From a virus: 47,073 nucleotides of DNA. Below, piece by piece: positions 18,830 through 27,642 of the stretch. Position 1 is the first letter of the stretch. Every line of letters starts with the position of its first letter. The DNA lies in the IMG/VR virus record IMGVR_UViG_3300029928_000218. One strand, written 5' to 3'. The position numbers and the translations under genes are program-made. Below the pieces are notes generated by a model. The model had not been told where the DNA came from. It saw only the letters and a program-made list of their open reading frames with translations, and searched no databases.

Positions 18830-20599
18830 TCATCCCATCCTCAACGGGGCCAGTATACATATGACATCGAATCCCGAAATCTTCATGAACACGCGCAGAG
18901 GGTAATTCTTGCCCAATATCAGAGCGGGCGTCGTCTCCGACATCTTCATCATGGCCGCGAGCTTCGATAGATAATGTGCGGAAAACAGCGATACGGCATC
19001 CCCGGAATCGTCCAAGGCTTCCCCTACATCCGCCTCCATGCCGTAGAGTCCGTAAGGCTGCTTGATGCCGTCGGAAGAGGCGGCCATGAACAGATCCTGC
19101 CCTTCCCTGTAAAGGCGGATGCCGTTGCCGTTCGCGTCGATCGCCTTCTTTCCGACGATCTTCACCGCGCGTTTGAGTTCTCTCTCGAAGGCGGATGCGT
19201 CAACCGCGAACCCTTCCTTGAAATCGAGACGCACTTCGTGTATGAGAATGGGGGCCTCCTTGGTCTGCGCCCTGAACCGGGCCTCTATCGGCATACCGTC
19301 CGGCGTGTAGTAGGAATCGAAGTTCGCCAGAACATCGTTTATGTCTACTCCGGGAACGTTGTACAAGCCGTCCTTGGAATCCAATCCGAATATCGATTTG
19401 CCATCCTGGGAGCATACGTGCAGCAGCATGATACGGGGCGGGTCCATCATCTCGAAATCCGCCCTGCCAATCGGAATCACATCGCAATCGATGAACCCGA
19501 ACAGCTTGGCCATGGCCGTCACCTTGGCGCGTCTCGCCTCCAATGGATTGGACGGGAGGGCCTTCTTCCTGGGAGCGAACCTGTCCCTCACCGGCTTCTT
19601 CCTGGGAGGCGCCAGCGAACGCTTGGCCTCCGTCATTATGTCATTCAATCTCGTCCTGATGCGGTCCCAGTCGCGGAATGAAATCGTGTCCTCGTCCCAT
19701 CCGCCCCAGTACTGGCCCTTCTCGGCGATGTAGCATCCCAGGTACGTCTTGCACAGCGGGACGGCCTTGGCGGGATCGTTGAGAGCAGCCTCTATCTCAT
19801 CGACGGACAGAACGGGATTGGGATTGCGGGTAGTCTCCGAATCGTACCACCTCTTCTGGGCGAGATGGGCCTCCTGGATCGCGTACAGCGCCTCGGCCAG
19901 GTAGCGTATCCCGCATATCGCGTAGTTTACGTCCCTCGTCTTCTTCGGAACGTAGTCCATCAGAACCTGCACGTACTCGTTGAAGATGAGCGACAGACGG
20001 CGGTCCATCCAGTGCTTGAAAAACTCCTCCGTCCTGCCCGGAGGTCCGATCATCACCGACGCGTCGCGCTCCGCTATCTCCACGGAGCGGCGGCTGCCCG
20101 CGCGGTTGAACAGATCGACGCGCCACGCATGGTCGCCGGTCACCACTACATCCAGGCGGAAATCCGACGCGTCCGCTTTCTGATCGGCGCACGCATCCGC
20201 CAGAACGTCCCTGGCCAGATCGGTGATGAACGCGGTCGTCATCCACTTGCCGTCGGGATGCACCCTCCGCCTCTCTCTGATCCTGTCCTCCCTTCCGCCG
20301 TCGGCGGGCGCCTCCGGCTCCTTCTTCTCCGCGGGTTTGACCTTCGGCTTGGCGGGAGTCCTCTTGATCACCTTCTTGGGTTTCGGCTCCTTTCCGCGTT
20401 TCCCGTCGTTCTGCGGGGCTTCGGGGGCCTTGGAGGTATCCTTGGTCCTCTTGGTCTTGTTCGTGCCGTAAACGACGGCTACGCGCGTCTTGATGCCTTG
20501 AGCCTTCAGCTCCTTCTTCCGCGAGTCGGCCTTCGCCTTGGACGAATACGTTCCAAGCACGCGGGCGCCGTCGCGGACCTCGTATGTCTTCTCGTTCAT
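18830..20599 (-). CDS. Multidomain protein: shared N-terminal module, Lys/Pro linker and C-terminal PCNA-like domain
   Basis: C-terminus SLFSAHYLSKL...LILGKNYPLRV...CILAPLR; N-terminus YEVRDGARVLGTYSSKAKA. Confidence 0.6.
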   Translation of the reverse strand: MNEKTYEVRDGARVLGTYSSKAKADSRKKELKAQGIKTRVAVVYGTNKTKRTKDTSKAPEAPQNDGKRGKEPKPKKVIKRTPAKPKVKPAEKKEPEAPADGGREDRIRERRRVHPDGKWMTTAFITDLARDVLADACADQKADASDFRLDVVVTGDHAWRVDLFNRAGSRRSVEIAERDASVMIGPPGRTEEFFKHWMDRRLSLIFNEYVQVLMDYVPKKTRDVNYAICGIRYLAEALYAIQEAHLAQKRWYDSETTRNPNPVLSVDEIEAALNDPAKAVPLCKTYLGCYIAEKGQYWGGWDEDTISFRDWDRIRTRLNDIMTEAKRSLAPPRKKPVRDRFAPRKKALPSNPLEARRAKVTAMAKLFGFIDCDVIPIGRADFEMMDPPRIMLLHVCSQDGKSIFGLDSKDGLYNVPGVDINDVLANFDSYYTPDGMPIEARFRAQTKEAPILIHEVRLDFKEGFAVDASAFERELKRAVKIVGKKAIDANGNGIRLYREGQDLFMAASSDGIKQPYGLYGMEADVGEALDDSGDAVSLFSAHYLSKLAAMMKMSETTPALILGKNYPLRVFMKISGFDVICILAPLRMG

Positions 20600-20649
20600 G
20601 CTCCATCCTCATTCCATTTCCTTCAGTTTTCATCGATTTCCAGGAATTT

Positions 20650-20662
20650 CCAAAACGTTTGG
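20650..20662. promoter_or_regulatory. Palindromic operator copy
   Basis: CCAAA-ACG-TTTGG upstream of the 20599 start. Confidence 0.6.
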
Positions 20663-20694
20663 GCGATAATCGCGGAATGGCGATTTACAATCTG

Positions 20695-21966
20695 TCATGA
20701 TGATCTGCGGCTCTTGCCCCTCTTGACCTCGCCGCCGAAGGCCTCCATGGACTTCTGCCCCTTCCTGCCCCCGTCCGTCTTCGAATCGAATCTGTCGATC
20801 TCGGAAACGATTGCCTGGAACACGTTGACGTTGATCGAGTTGCCGGCCATCCCGTACAGCCTCGTATCCGACAGTCCGGAGGCGGCGGCCTTCTCGTATG
20901 CGGAATCGTCCCACGTCCCGTCCCTGCGGCGTTTGCCGAAGGATTGGAGGCGCCACGCCTCCTTCGGCGTGATCTTGCGGACGTCGGACCTCCCTTCCAG
21001 GACCTTCGGCTCGCACTGCCCGCCCTGGCAGCGCGTCACCGTCGGAGAGATGCCTTTTCCGGAGTAGACGCGCTTGGTCGATTCGAACTTCCCGCTGCCC
21101 ATGCCCTCGACGGTTCCGATCTGCTGGCATCTCGAAGGGTCGCGGACGAAGTTCGAGGTCTTGCGAGAGCCTTCCTTGGTCGTTATCGCGTGCGATACAG
21201 AGGAACGGTCCACCGGCTCGAATCTGAACCCGTTGCCCCTCGCGCCCTCCTTGGCCGACGACTTCTCCATCCCCTTGAGCCGCTTGCCCGTGAGATAGTA
21301 CTTGGAATCGACGGACTTCTCCAACACATCGCCGAGGACGGTATCCCCGCCCGTCGGGACCGGGAGCGGGGGACACTCCGTTCCCAGATGGGAGACGACG
21401 AACGCGCGGTTCCTGTTCTGCCCCGTGCCTGGGAAGTCCTTGGCGTTGAGAGTTCCGGACGTTGACGTGTATCCCAGAGAGGAAAGGAAATCCATCCAGC
21501 GGTTCCAGTCCTTGGAGTTCTTCTTGGCGAAAACCTGCGGGACGTTCTCCATGATGAGATAGCGCGGAAGGCGTCCGTCCTCATCGGCCTGCTCCAATAT
21601 GTCCTGAACGGCCCACAGAAGCCCGGAATGCTCGCCCTTCAGTCCCTTCCCCTTGCTGTTCGCTTGGGAAAGGTCGGTGCATGGGAACGAATACGTCAGT
21701 ATGTCAACGTCCTTCGGGATGTGGGCGATCTTCGTCACATCGCCTATCCTCCTTCCCTGGGAGTCCTTGGTCTCTCCCAGCATGGGGGCGGGGCCGTGGA
21801 TGGCCTCGTATGCCTGGACGGCGTATGGATCGATGTCGCATATGCCCACTATCTCGTAAGGAACGCCGGAGCGTTCGAGGGCCATATGCTGCGCGCCTAT
21901 GCCGCTGAAAAGTTCCACGACGCGGTATGGCCTTCCATCCTTGGAATTACGACTCTTCAATGTCAT
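20695..21966 (-). CDS. DNA (cytosine-5)-methyltransferase
   Basis: ELFSGIG (I), YSFPC (IV), MENV (VI), QNRNR (VIII), AGNSI (X); likely start MTLKSRN at 21966. Confidence 0.9.
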   Translation of the reverse strand: MTLKSRNSKDGRPYRVVELFSGIGAQHMALERSGVPYEIVGICDIDPYAVQAYEAIHGPAPMLGETKDSQGRRIGDVTKIAHIPKDVDILTYSFPCTDLSQANSKGKGLKGEHSGLLWAVQDILEQADEDGRLPRYLIMENVPQVFAKKNSKDWNRWMDFLSSLGYTSTSGTLNAKDFPGTGQNRNRAFVVSHLGTECPPLPVPTGGDTVLGDVLEKSVDSKYYLTGKRLKGMEKSSAKEGARGNGFRFEPVDRSSVSHAITTKEGSRKTSNFVRDPSRCQQIGTVEGMGSGKFESTKRVYSGKGISPTVTRCQGGQCEPKVLEGRSDVRKITPKEAWRLQSFGKRRRDGTWDDSAYEKAAASGLSDTRLYGMAGNSINVNVFQAIVSEIDRFDSKTDGGRKGQKSMEAFGGEVKRGKSRRSS

Positions 21967-21986
21967 TTTATCGTTTCCAGAAATTT

Positions 21987-21999
21987 CGAAAACGTTCAG
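21987..21999. promoter_or_regulatory. Palindromic operator copy (imperfect)
   Basis: CGAAA-ACG-TTCAG, 20 bp upstream of the methyltransferase start. Confidence 0.55.
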
Positions 22000-22218
22000 A
22001 CAACATCGGAAGCGTGAAGTACCCGGCTGGGGCGGAATGGAATGAGCCGATCGTTCGGCGAACTGTCCCGTAATCACCGTTGGAAAGCGGCGAAAGAAGC
22101 GCGGGTCCGACCGACAATCAGTGCTGAAAAAACGTGGAAGCGTGTTTCGTAAGAGGTTTCGGATAGGCTGGCCGCACGGCTCCAGGACTGGATTCCGGCG
22201 GCCATGCCCTCACCCTTT

Positions 22219-22590
22219 TCAGAGGTATTCGCGCCAGTCGCGGTAGATCGCGGCGGCCGTCTTCACGGGATCGACATCGATGATCAGAGGCGCCAGGATA
22301 CTGATGAGGAAGTACACGTCCTTGTCCGTGAAGTACTCGTCCGCATCCGTCACCTCGATTCCGGCTATGTCCGCGTAGGCCTCGACGACATCGGCCTCGT
22401 ATGCTTTCTCGCGGCGTATGTCCATCGGGGGCAGGATGGCATCGGGATCTTTTTCCTCGGCGGCCTTGCCGATGGTTATCTTCGCGCGGACGGATTCGAC
22501 GTCCACCGCATCGTCCAGGCAGTCGATCAGCGCATCGGTGATGCGGGATGCGAAAGCCTGGGCATCGAAATCCTTGTTGTTGCTGTCCAT
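22219..22590 (-). CDS. Small acidic helical protein (possibly related to the 25924-27642 paralogues)
   Basis: Ends IDVDPVKTAAAIYRDW, like the ID[FY]xAIAxxL motif. Confidence 0.6.
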   Translation of the reverse strand: MDSNNKDFDAQAFASRITDALIDCLDDAVDVESVRAKITIGKAAEEKDPDAILPPMDIRREKAYEADVVEAYADIAGIEVTDADEYFTDKDVYFLISILAPLIIDVDPVKTAAAIYRDWREYL

Positions 22591-22695
22591 GGGATCACTC
22601 CTATTCTCACGGCACGGGCGCGGGAGGGCATCCAGCGTTCCATGCCCTTCCGCATCCGCATATTCCTGTTGGACTTCGATGTTGATTAATGTTTT

Positions 22696-22708
22696 CCTAA
22701 CGTTTCAG
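22696..22708. promoter_or_regulatory. Palindromic operator copy, reverse orientation, in a divergent intergenic region
   Basis: CCTAA-CGT-TTCAG; the flanking extension points toward the plus-strand gene at 22782. Confidence 0.55.
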
Positions 22709-22781
22709 AAACTTCTGGAAATATAACAAATCATACGATGATTCGATTGATTCGATTGAAAGGAATTCGTATCAGAAGAGA

Positions 22782-23663
22782 TTGATTTTAAAGCCGCATC
22801 GATTGTCCGAATACAAGATGATGAGCAACAGAAACCTCCTTCCAAAGTCCGTATCCGATTTCAAAGAGCTGGCGCAATCGAACATCGGAGCCGATTCCAG
22901 CGAGGAAGGGAGGGGACATAAGGGCCTCTGGGTCCAGCTCATCGAAGTGAACACGGATGAACCGCCAATCATTGGAGGATTCTCCGCATGGACAAAACTC
23001 GGAGGTGCCGATTCGTGGTACATATGCAACAACGGCGCGGAATGCTGCACGATTAACTTGGTAAACGACCGCGTATGGGCCGTGTACTCCCTTGGGAAGA
23101 CGGAATCATTCGATAGAACGATGAATTCCTGGATAGACGGCAACCTCCTTCTGGACAACTGCTGGACGGTATCGGGTTCGATTCGGCGTCTGGCGGAATC
23201 ATATTCCGACGACGGAACCGAATCTGAATTGTGCGACGAAGGAAGGATAACTGTTGGCCACTCGGATGATATCGATTCGGTCATCAGTGCAATCGGAACC
23301 ATAGCGGAACACTATCATAACGAATTGGAGCTGGCAACGAAATTGCGTAACGGGGACGAAGGATCATTCGAGTTTGAGTTCGCTCGGAAGGTCAGCCTTG
23401 GAAGCTATGAACGCTTTCTATCTAAGGGCGCCCGGGATCTGAAGATGTGGATGGTGAAGACCGAGGACGACGGCGATTTCGTGAGATTCGGCGGCGTGGA
23501 TACGCACACATGGGGCAGAATCCTTCTGGACATGGGCTTGGACTCCGCATATATGACGATTCCAGGCAACGGATGCGTGAACGCTGTGCCTAGGCTGGCA
23601 GCTTTTCAGGGAAAGAATGGCGGGGCGAGGATTTATTACAACGGAGACGAGATTTTCGTTTGA
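22782..23663 (+). CDS. Hypothetical protein
   Basis: 293-codon ORF, more AT-rich than its flanks; start uncertain (TTG 22782 or a downstream ATG). Confidence 0.65.
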   Translation: MILKPHRLSEYKMMSNRNLLPKSVSDFKELAQSNIGADSSEEGRGHKGLWVQLIEVNTDEPPIIGGFSAWTKLGGADSWYICNNGAECCTINLVNDRVWAVYSLGKTESFDRTMNSWIDGNLLLDNCWTVSGSIRRLAESYSDDGTESELCDEGRITVGHSDDIDSVISAIGTIAEHYHNELELATKLRNGDEGSFEFEFARKVSLGSYERFLSKGARDLKMWMVKTEDDGDFVRFGGVDTHTWGRILLDMGLDSAYMTIPGNGCVNAVPRLAAFQGKNGGARIYYNGDEIFV

Positions 23664-23680
23664 TTATTCGTTCCTCTGAT

Positions 23681-23721
23681 AACTTTACACAACCTTGCAT
23701 CCGAATGTCAAGTGTAAAGTT
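23681..23721. terminator. Inverted repeat downstream of the 22782 gene
   Basis: AACTTTACAC ... GTGTAAAGTT, perfect 10-bp arms. Confidence 0.45.
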
Positions 23722-23749
23722 GTACTTCTTGGAATCCGAACGGCCGCCT

Positions 23750-24377
23750 TCAACAGAATCAAGTATTGCGAATCTCATCTCATCCACGCGAAAGTAAGTC
23801 CGCGCGGGTAGCCTGCTGGTTGGCAGGTCCGGGGCATCAGTCGCCTTTTCACGGCTAACGGCTCATTGGGAGTACACGACTTTTCCCGTCGAAACGATCT
23901 CATGGGTGAATGATTGCACGTTGTCCCTGTAGTGCAGGAAATCGCCGTAGCTCATTATCACGAGATCGAAGGGCAGCTTGAGTCCGATGAACTGTCTTGC
24001 GATGACGGCATAAAGGACACGCTCGCTATCTACCTCGTCGAAGACGACCAGGATGTCCAGATCGCTGTCGTCCCTGGCCTCGCGGCGGGCGACGGAGCCG
24101 AACACGATTATCATCTTCGGATCGACGGCCTCGATGATTCTGTTTATGGCTACATCGACCTTCGCGTAATCGAACACAATCCCGCCTCCGCCGGACATGA
24201 TCGGGATCATGCTTGAGATTATCGCGTCGTCAACAGAATCAAGTATTGCGAATCTCATCTCATCCACGCGAGAGTAAGTCCGCGCGGGTAGCCTGCTGGT
24301 TGGCAGGTCCGGGGCAATCGCGTTGTAAAACCCGGACGGCGTAAGGAACCTCGGCAACCTGCTGGTTGGCAGGACCG
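23750..24377. repeat. 87-bp direct repeats flanking the MNT gene, plus a third partial copy
   Basis: 23750-23836 and 24230-24316 differ at one base; the hairpin CCTGCTGGTTGGCAGG recurs at 24359-24374. Confidence 0.8.
23863..24177 (-). CDS. Minimal nucleotidyltransferase (MNT)
   Basis: IIVFGSVARREARDDSDLDILVV...FDLV; GGAGG 7 nt upstream of GTG 24177. Confidence 0.85.
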   Translation of the reverse strand: MFDYAKVDVAINRIIEAVDPKMIIVFGSVARREARDDSDLDILVVFDEVDSERVLYAVIARQFIGLKLPFDLVIMSYGDFLHYRDNVQSFTHEIVSTGKVVYSQ

Positions 24378-24405
24378 AGGCGGCCGTCGCCTATTGGAAA
24401 GCGTT

Positions 24406-25137
24406 TCACGATATGTTGACGGCATCCCCCGTCCACATGGGGGAAAGGATGTCCGCACGCGATGTTTCCGAACGTATCCTGGCCATCGCAACGTCGTAGT
24501 AATCCTCGCGGATCTCGAATCCGAGGTAGCGGCGTCCCGTGCGGATGCAGGCCGCCGCCGTGGTCCCGGAACCCATGAACGGGTCCAGGACCATATCCCC
24601 TTCGCGGGAGCTGTTCATGATCAGCGTTTCGATTATGTCCAGCGGCTTGACCGTCGGATGCCCGTATGCCTTCTTGTCCTTCACATTCGCCGGAGTCACC
24701 CAGAACTTGCGCTTGGTCTCGTATGAGCCGTACAGCTTCACGCCGGGATCGCGTGCGAACACCAGGTACTCTGTGTCCGAGAGGTACTTGTTCCCGCAAG
24801 CCGGCGTCGGATTCGTCTTATGCCAGGACAGAAGGTCCACGTTGCATCCCCTGCGGTCGAAGTACGTCAGATACTGAAGGAGCTGCGACTTGTTGCACCA
24901 TGCGTAGACGTTCACGGCGCACATCTTGGACATTACGGCGTCCAGGAGGGCGTCGTCTATCCCCTCGGACATCGTTCCGATCTCCGAGCGGTACGAACGC
25001 CCTCCGGGACCGAAGGCGCCTCCACCCTCGTTGTCCAGGGAGTAGGGCGGGTCCATGACGACCAGGTCCACGGACCCGTCCTCTATCCTGGACAGTCCGG
25101 AGCGGCAGTCCTCGTTCCAGATCCTGTTCGAATCCAT
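24406..25137 (-). CDS. DNA N4-cytosine/N6-adenine methyltransferase (beta class)
   Basis: DLVVMDPPY precedes HPTVKP and VLDPFMGSGTT...GFE. Confidence 0.9.
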   Translation of the reverse strand: MDSNRIWNEDCRSGLSRIEDGSVDLVVMDPPYSLDNEGGGAFGPGGRSYRSEIGTMSEGIDDALLDAVMSKMCAVNVYAWCNKSQLLQYLTYFDRRGCNVDLLSWHKTNPTPACGNKYLSDTEYLVFARDPGVKLYGSYETKRKFWVTPANVKDKKAYGHPTVKPLDIIETLIMNSSREGDMVLDPFMGSGTTAAACIRTGRRYLGFEIREDYYDVAMARIRSETSRADILSPMWTGDAVNIS

Positions 25138-25927
25138 CGGAGCATCCCCGCCCCTCTGACCAGGAGCCAGGCGATGATCGAGAACACGGCGGCGAACGCG
25201 GCCATCTCCGCCTTGAACATCCCGTCGGTCCTGAAAACCGCCCTCGGCTCCATCGCCTGCGCCTCCCCTTGCCCAGCGGCTTCAGATTCGCCGACGGCTC
25301 GTCCAGGCACGGGTCCTCGAACACCACGTTCATACCCTTGGATGCCTCGCGGATCTGACGGACGGACTGCCCGGACCTGGCATCCTTCCACATCCCGCGC
25401 TCCATGTCGTATCCTATCCCCCACGTGTATCCGGGGATTCCGGGAGCGGATGCGACGACGCAATACGACGGCTCCCCGCCGACCGCGCACTCGTACATCC
25501 CCAGGATGTCGTGGCCGTACCTCGTCTGCTTGAAGTACTTGGTACGTCCGTCGGGGACGACGGGCTGCCCCGTCCCCGGGATCACCCAGTATCCGTCCGA
25601 TAGACTGGATGCGGCCCTCTCCACCGCATCCGCGACGGCGGAATCCCTGCTGGATATGTTGTAGTGACCGTGGTTCAATGCTGTCCCCCTTCCCGGCTCC
25701 GAAAGCGTCCAATCGACTGCCAGCCATGTGGCGTACATCCCGTCGGACTCCCTGCGCCCGACCACGATTGAATGCACCGCCCCAGTGCCGGGGTCCTGCC
25801 CTATGGGGATGGCCGTTTCGAACCTGTATCCCACGCGCTTCATCTCGTCGGCCGCGCCGCTCTTCCTGGCATTGGCCGATACTATCTTCCTTCCCTTGCT
25901 CTTCTTCCCTATTCCGAACATCATCAT
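24818..25927 (-). CDS. Hypothetical protein (globular part ends near 25255; the tail reads through the next genes)
   Basis: MMMFGIGKK...SANARK...SANLKP; no stop at the junction with the next start. Confidence 0.55.
   Translation of the reverse strand: MMMFGIGKKSKGRKIVSANARKSGAADEMKRVGYRFETAIPIGQDPGTGAVHSIVVGRRESDGMYATWLAVDWTLSEPGRGTALNHGHYNISSRDSAVADAVERAASSLSDGYWVIPGTGQPVVPDGRTKYFKQTRYGHDILGMYECAVGGEPSYCVVASAPGIPGYTWGIGYDMERGMWKDARSGQSVRQIREASKGMNVVFEDPCLDEPSANLKPLGKGRRRRWSRGRFSGPTGCSRRRWPRSPPCSRSSPGSWSEGRGCSDGFEQDLERGLPLRTVQDRGRVRGPGRHGPALLPGQRGWRRLRSRRAFVPLGDRNDVRGDRRRPPGRRNVQDVRRERLRMVQQVAAPSVSDVLRPQGMQRGPSVLA
25083..25253 (-). CDS. Small single-TM protein
   Basis: MEPRAV...MAAFAAVFSIIAWLLV; GGAGG upstream. 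Confidence 0.45.
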   Translation of the reverse strand: MEPRAVFRTDGMFKAEMAAFAAVFSIIAWLLVRGAGMLRWIRTGSGTRTAAPDCPG

Positions 25928-26358
25928 CCCTTCCTCTTCTGCTTCGCCATGTACTCGTTGAGTTCGTAGTAGTCCTCCATGAGGACCAGCGCGATTGCCT
26001 TGAAGTCGATATCCGGGGCGATCTGCCAGAATCCGTCCATGGCTGCTGCCGCCACTGGATCGGTCCTGTCGTAGGCCTCGTCCAGCGCCTGGATGATATG
26101 GTTCTCGATGGCATCGGCAAGCTTCTCGACGGGCTTCTCCGTCCACGGGGTCTTCAACGCCTTGTTGATCGCCTCGTCCAGCCAGTCGTACTGGAAATCG
26201 CGGAGCGCCGTCGCCACCTTCGCGGTAGAATCGTTGAATCCCGCGATGGTCTTCTCCCTCGTGTCCCTCCAATTCCTGCTGCGCTGTACCTTCGGGGCCA
26301 GGTTCATGCTCTTTACCGAGCGTCCTCTACCGGACGCCCCCTTCCTTATTCCGATCAT
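25924..26358 (-). CDS. Small helical paralogue family member
   Basis: PVAAAAMDG...PDIDFKAIALVL; ATGA overlaps on both sides. Confidence 0.65.
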   Translation of the reverse strand: MIGIRKGASGRGRSVKSMNLAPKVQRSRNWRDTREKTIAGFNDSTAKVATALRDFQYDWLDEAINKALKTPWTEKPVEKLADAIENHIIQALDEAYDRTDPVAAAAMDGFWQIAPDIDFKAIALVLMEDYYELNEYMAKQKRKG

Positions 26359-26666
26359 CCGGCAAGCCTCCCTGCTAAGACGGCCGATTGGGCCTGTTTG
26401 GATGCGGTAGCATCGAGCAATGCTCCCGCGATGGCGCGGTAGTCTATCTCCGGGTCCGGAAGGCCGCATCCGTCCATTGCGGCGGCCGCCAGCGGGGGGA
26501 TTCCCCCCATGGCCGTGCAAACCTCGGACGCCACATAGCGTTCCACGGCGCCCGCCAGCCTTGCGACGGCCTCCTCCCTGCAATCTGACGATACCTCCGA
26601 GACAACGAACTCCACCCAGTCGCGCGGAAGGGCGGCCGCCACGCGGAACGTCGATTCGGTCGTCAT
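26355..26666 (-). CDS. Small helical paralogue family member
   Basis: PLAAAAMDG...PEIDYRAIAGAL. Confidence 0.65.
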   Translation of the reverse strand: MTTESTFRVAAALPRDWVEFVVSEVSSDCREEAVARLAGAVERYVASEVCTAMGGIPPLAAAAMDGCGLPDPEIDYRAIAGALLDATASKQAQSAVLAGRLAG

Positions 26667-26977
26667 GGGCGCCTCCTGCGCGGCCTCTCGTTGGGATGGG
26701 CGGGAACGATTCCGAACACGTCGAACAGAATGTCGTCGTTGGAACCCGAACACAGATCGGATATCTCGGCGTTGTACAGCCCCTGGAAACCCTTCGGGTC
26801 GATGATGCTGAACAGAGTTGCTTGTCCGTACTCTCTGCCCATCACCTCCACGCGGGGAAGCATCTCGTCCTCCCTCGATTTGAAATCGGAGATCCTGTAC
26901 CTCTTGCGGAGAGCGGCTTCGAGAGCCTTCCCGCGGGGGACGATCGCGCCCTCCGGCAATCTGTAACGCTCCGTCAT
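26663..26977 (-). CDS. Hypothetical protein
   Basis: ATGA-coupled ORF within the operon. Confidence 0.6.
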   Translation of the reverse strand: MTERYRLPEGAIVPRGKALEAALRKRYRISDFKSREDEMLPRVEVMGREYGQATLFSIIDPKGFQGLYNAEISDLCSGSNDDILFDVFGIVPAHPNERPRRRRP

Positions 26978-27642
26978 GCCGTCGCCCCCGCGCGCGTGCG
27001 TACAGATGCCTTCGGGGACAGAGCGTCGATCAATCTGTCCGCGACGATGCCGGGATCGTATCCCACCGTTCTGGGATCGGCTACGAACGATGCGACAAGC
27101 GCCCCTTCGGAATCCACGACGTGATCGTACTCCACTTCCAGTATCGCGGAGACGGTTCCGGCCACGTCCTTCCTAATCGTCTCGCGCCTGGCGCGGCTGC
27201 GGGATATCCTGTCGCGCATCCCGTAGATGTCGCGCCTTCCGATGGATCTCAGAAAGTCCTCGGCGATCGAGTCCTCGATGCCTATGGACGGCACGCACCG
27301 GGGCGCGGATGCCTTGAGACTAAGAGATTCCCAGCGCACCTCGTCCACGTACTTCCTGGACGCCGCCCTGTAGTCGTAATCGAGTAGGTCGGGATCGATG
27401 AAGAAGCTCCGGAGGACGCCCGCCTCGCTGTACTCGATGTCGTAGATGCTCCGGACGTAATCCTTGAGATCGGACGCCATGGCGTCTTCGAGGTCCTTCC
27501 CGCGGGTCCCTTCGGCCTTGAACTGCTCCGCATCCTCCCAGAGAAGGTCGTCCAATAGCTGATTGCGGTAAAGCTCGGTCACGAGGGCGCGGGTAGCGTC
27601 GTTGCGGTACTCGGACATCCGCACGTAGACGGGATGCTTCAT
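26974..27642 (-). CDS. Protein with two internal helical repeats related to the neighbouring paralogues
   Basis: SFFIDPDLLDYDYRAASRKYVDE and SFVADPRTVGYDPGIVADRLIDA. Confidence 0.6.
   Translation of the reverse strand: MKHPVYVRMSEYRNDATRALVTELYRNQLLDDLLWEDAEQFKAEGTRGKDLEDAMASDLKDYVRSIYDIEYSEAGVLRSFFIDPDLLDYDYRAASRKYVDEVRWESLSLKASAPRCVPSIGIEDSIAEDFLRSIGRRDIYGMRDRISRSRARRETIRKDVAGTVSAILEVEYDHVVDSEGALVASFVADPRTVGYDPGIVADRLIDALSPKASVRTRAGATA

Noticed and set aside
23590-23787. HEPN toxin partner for the MNT
   Set aside because: A 65-aa ORF starting inside the direct repeat, with no RxxxxH motif, running antisense into the 22782 gene.
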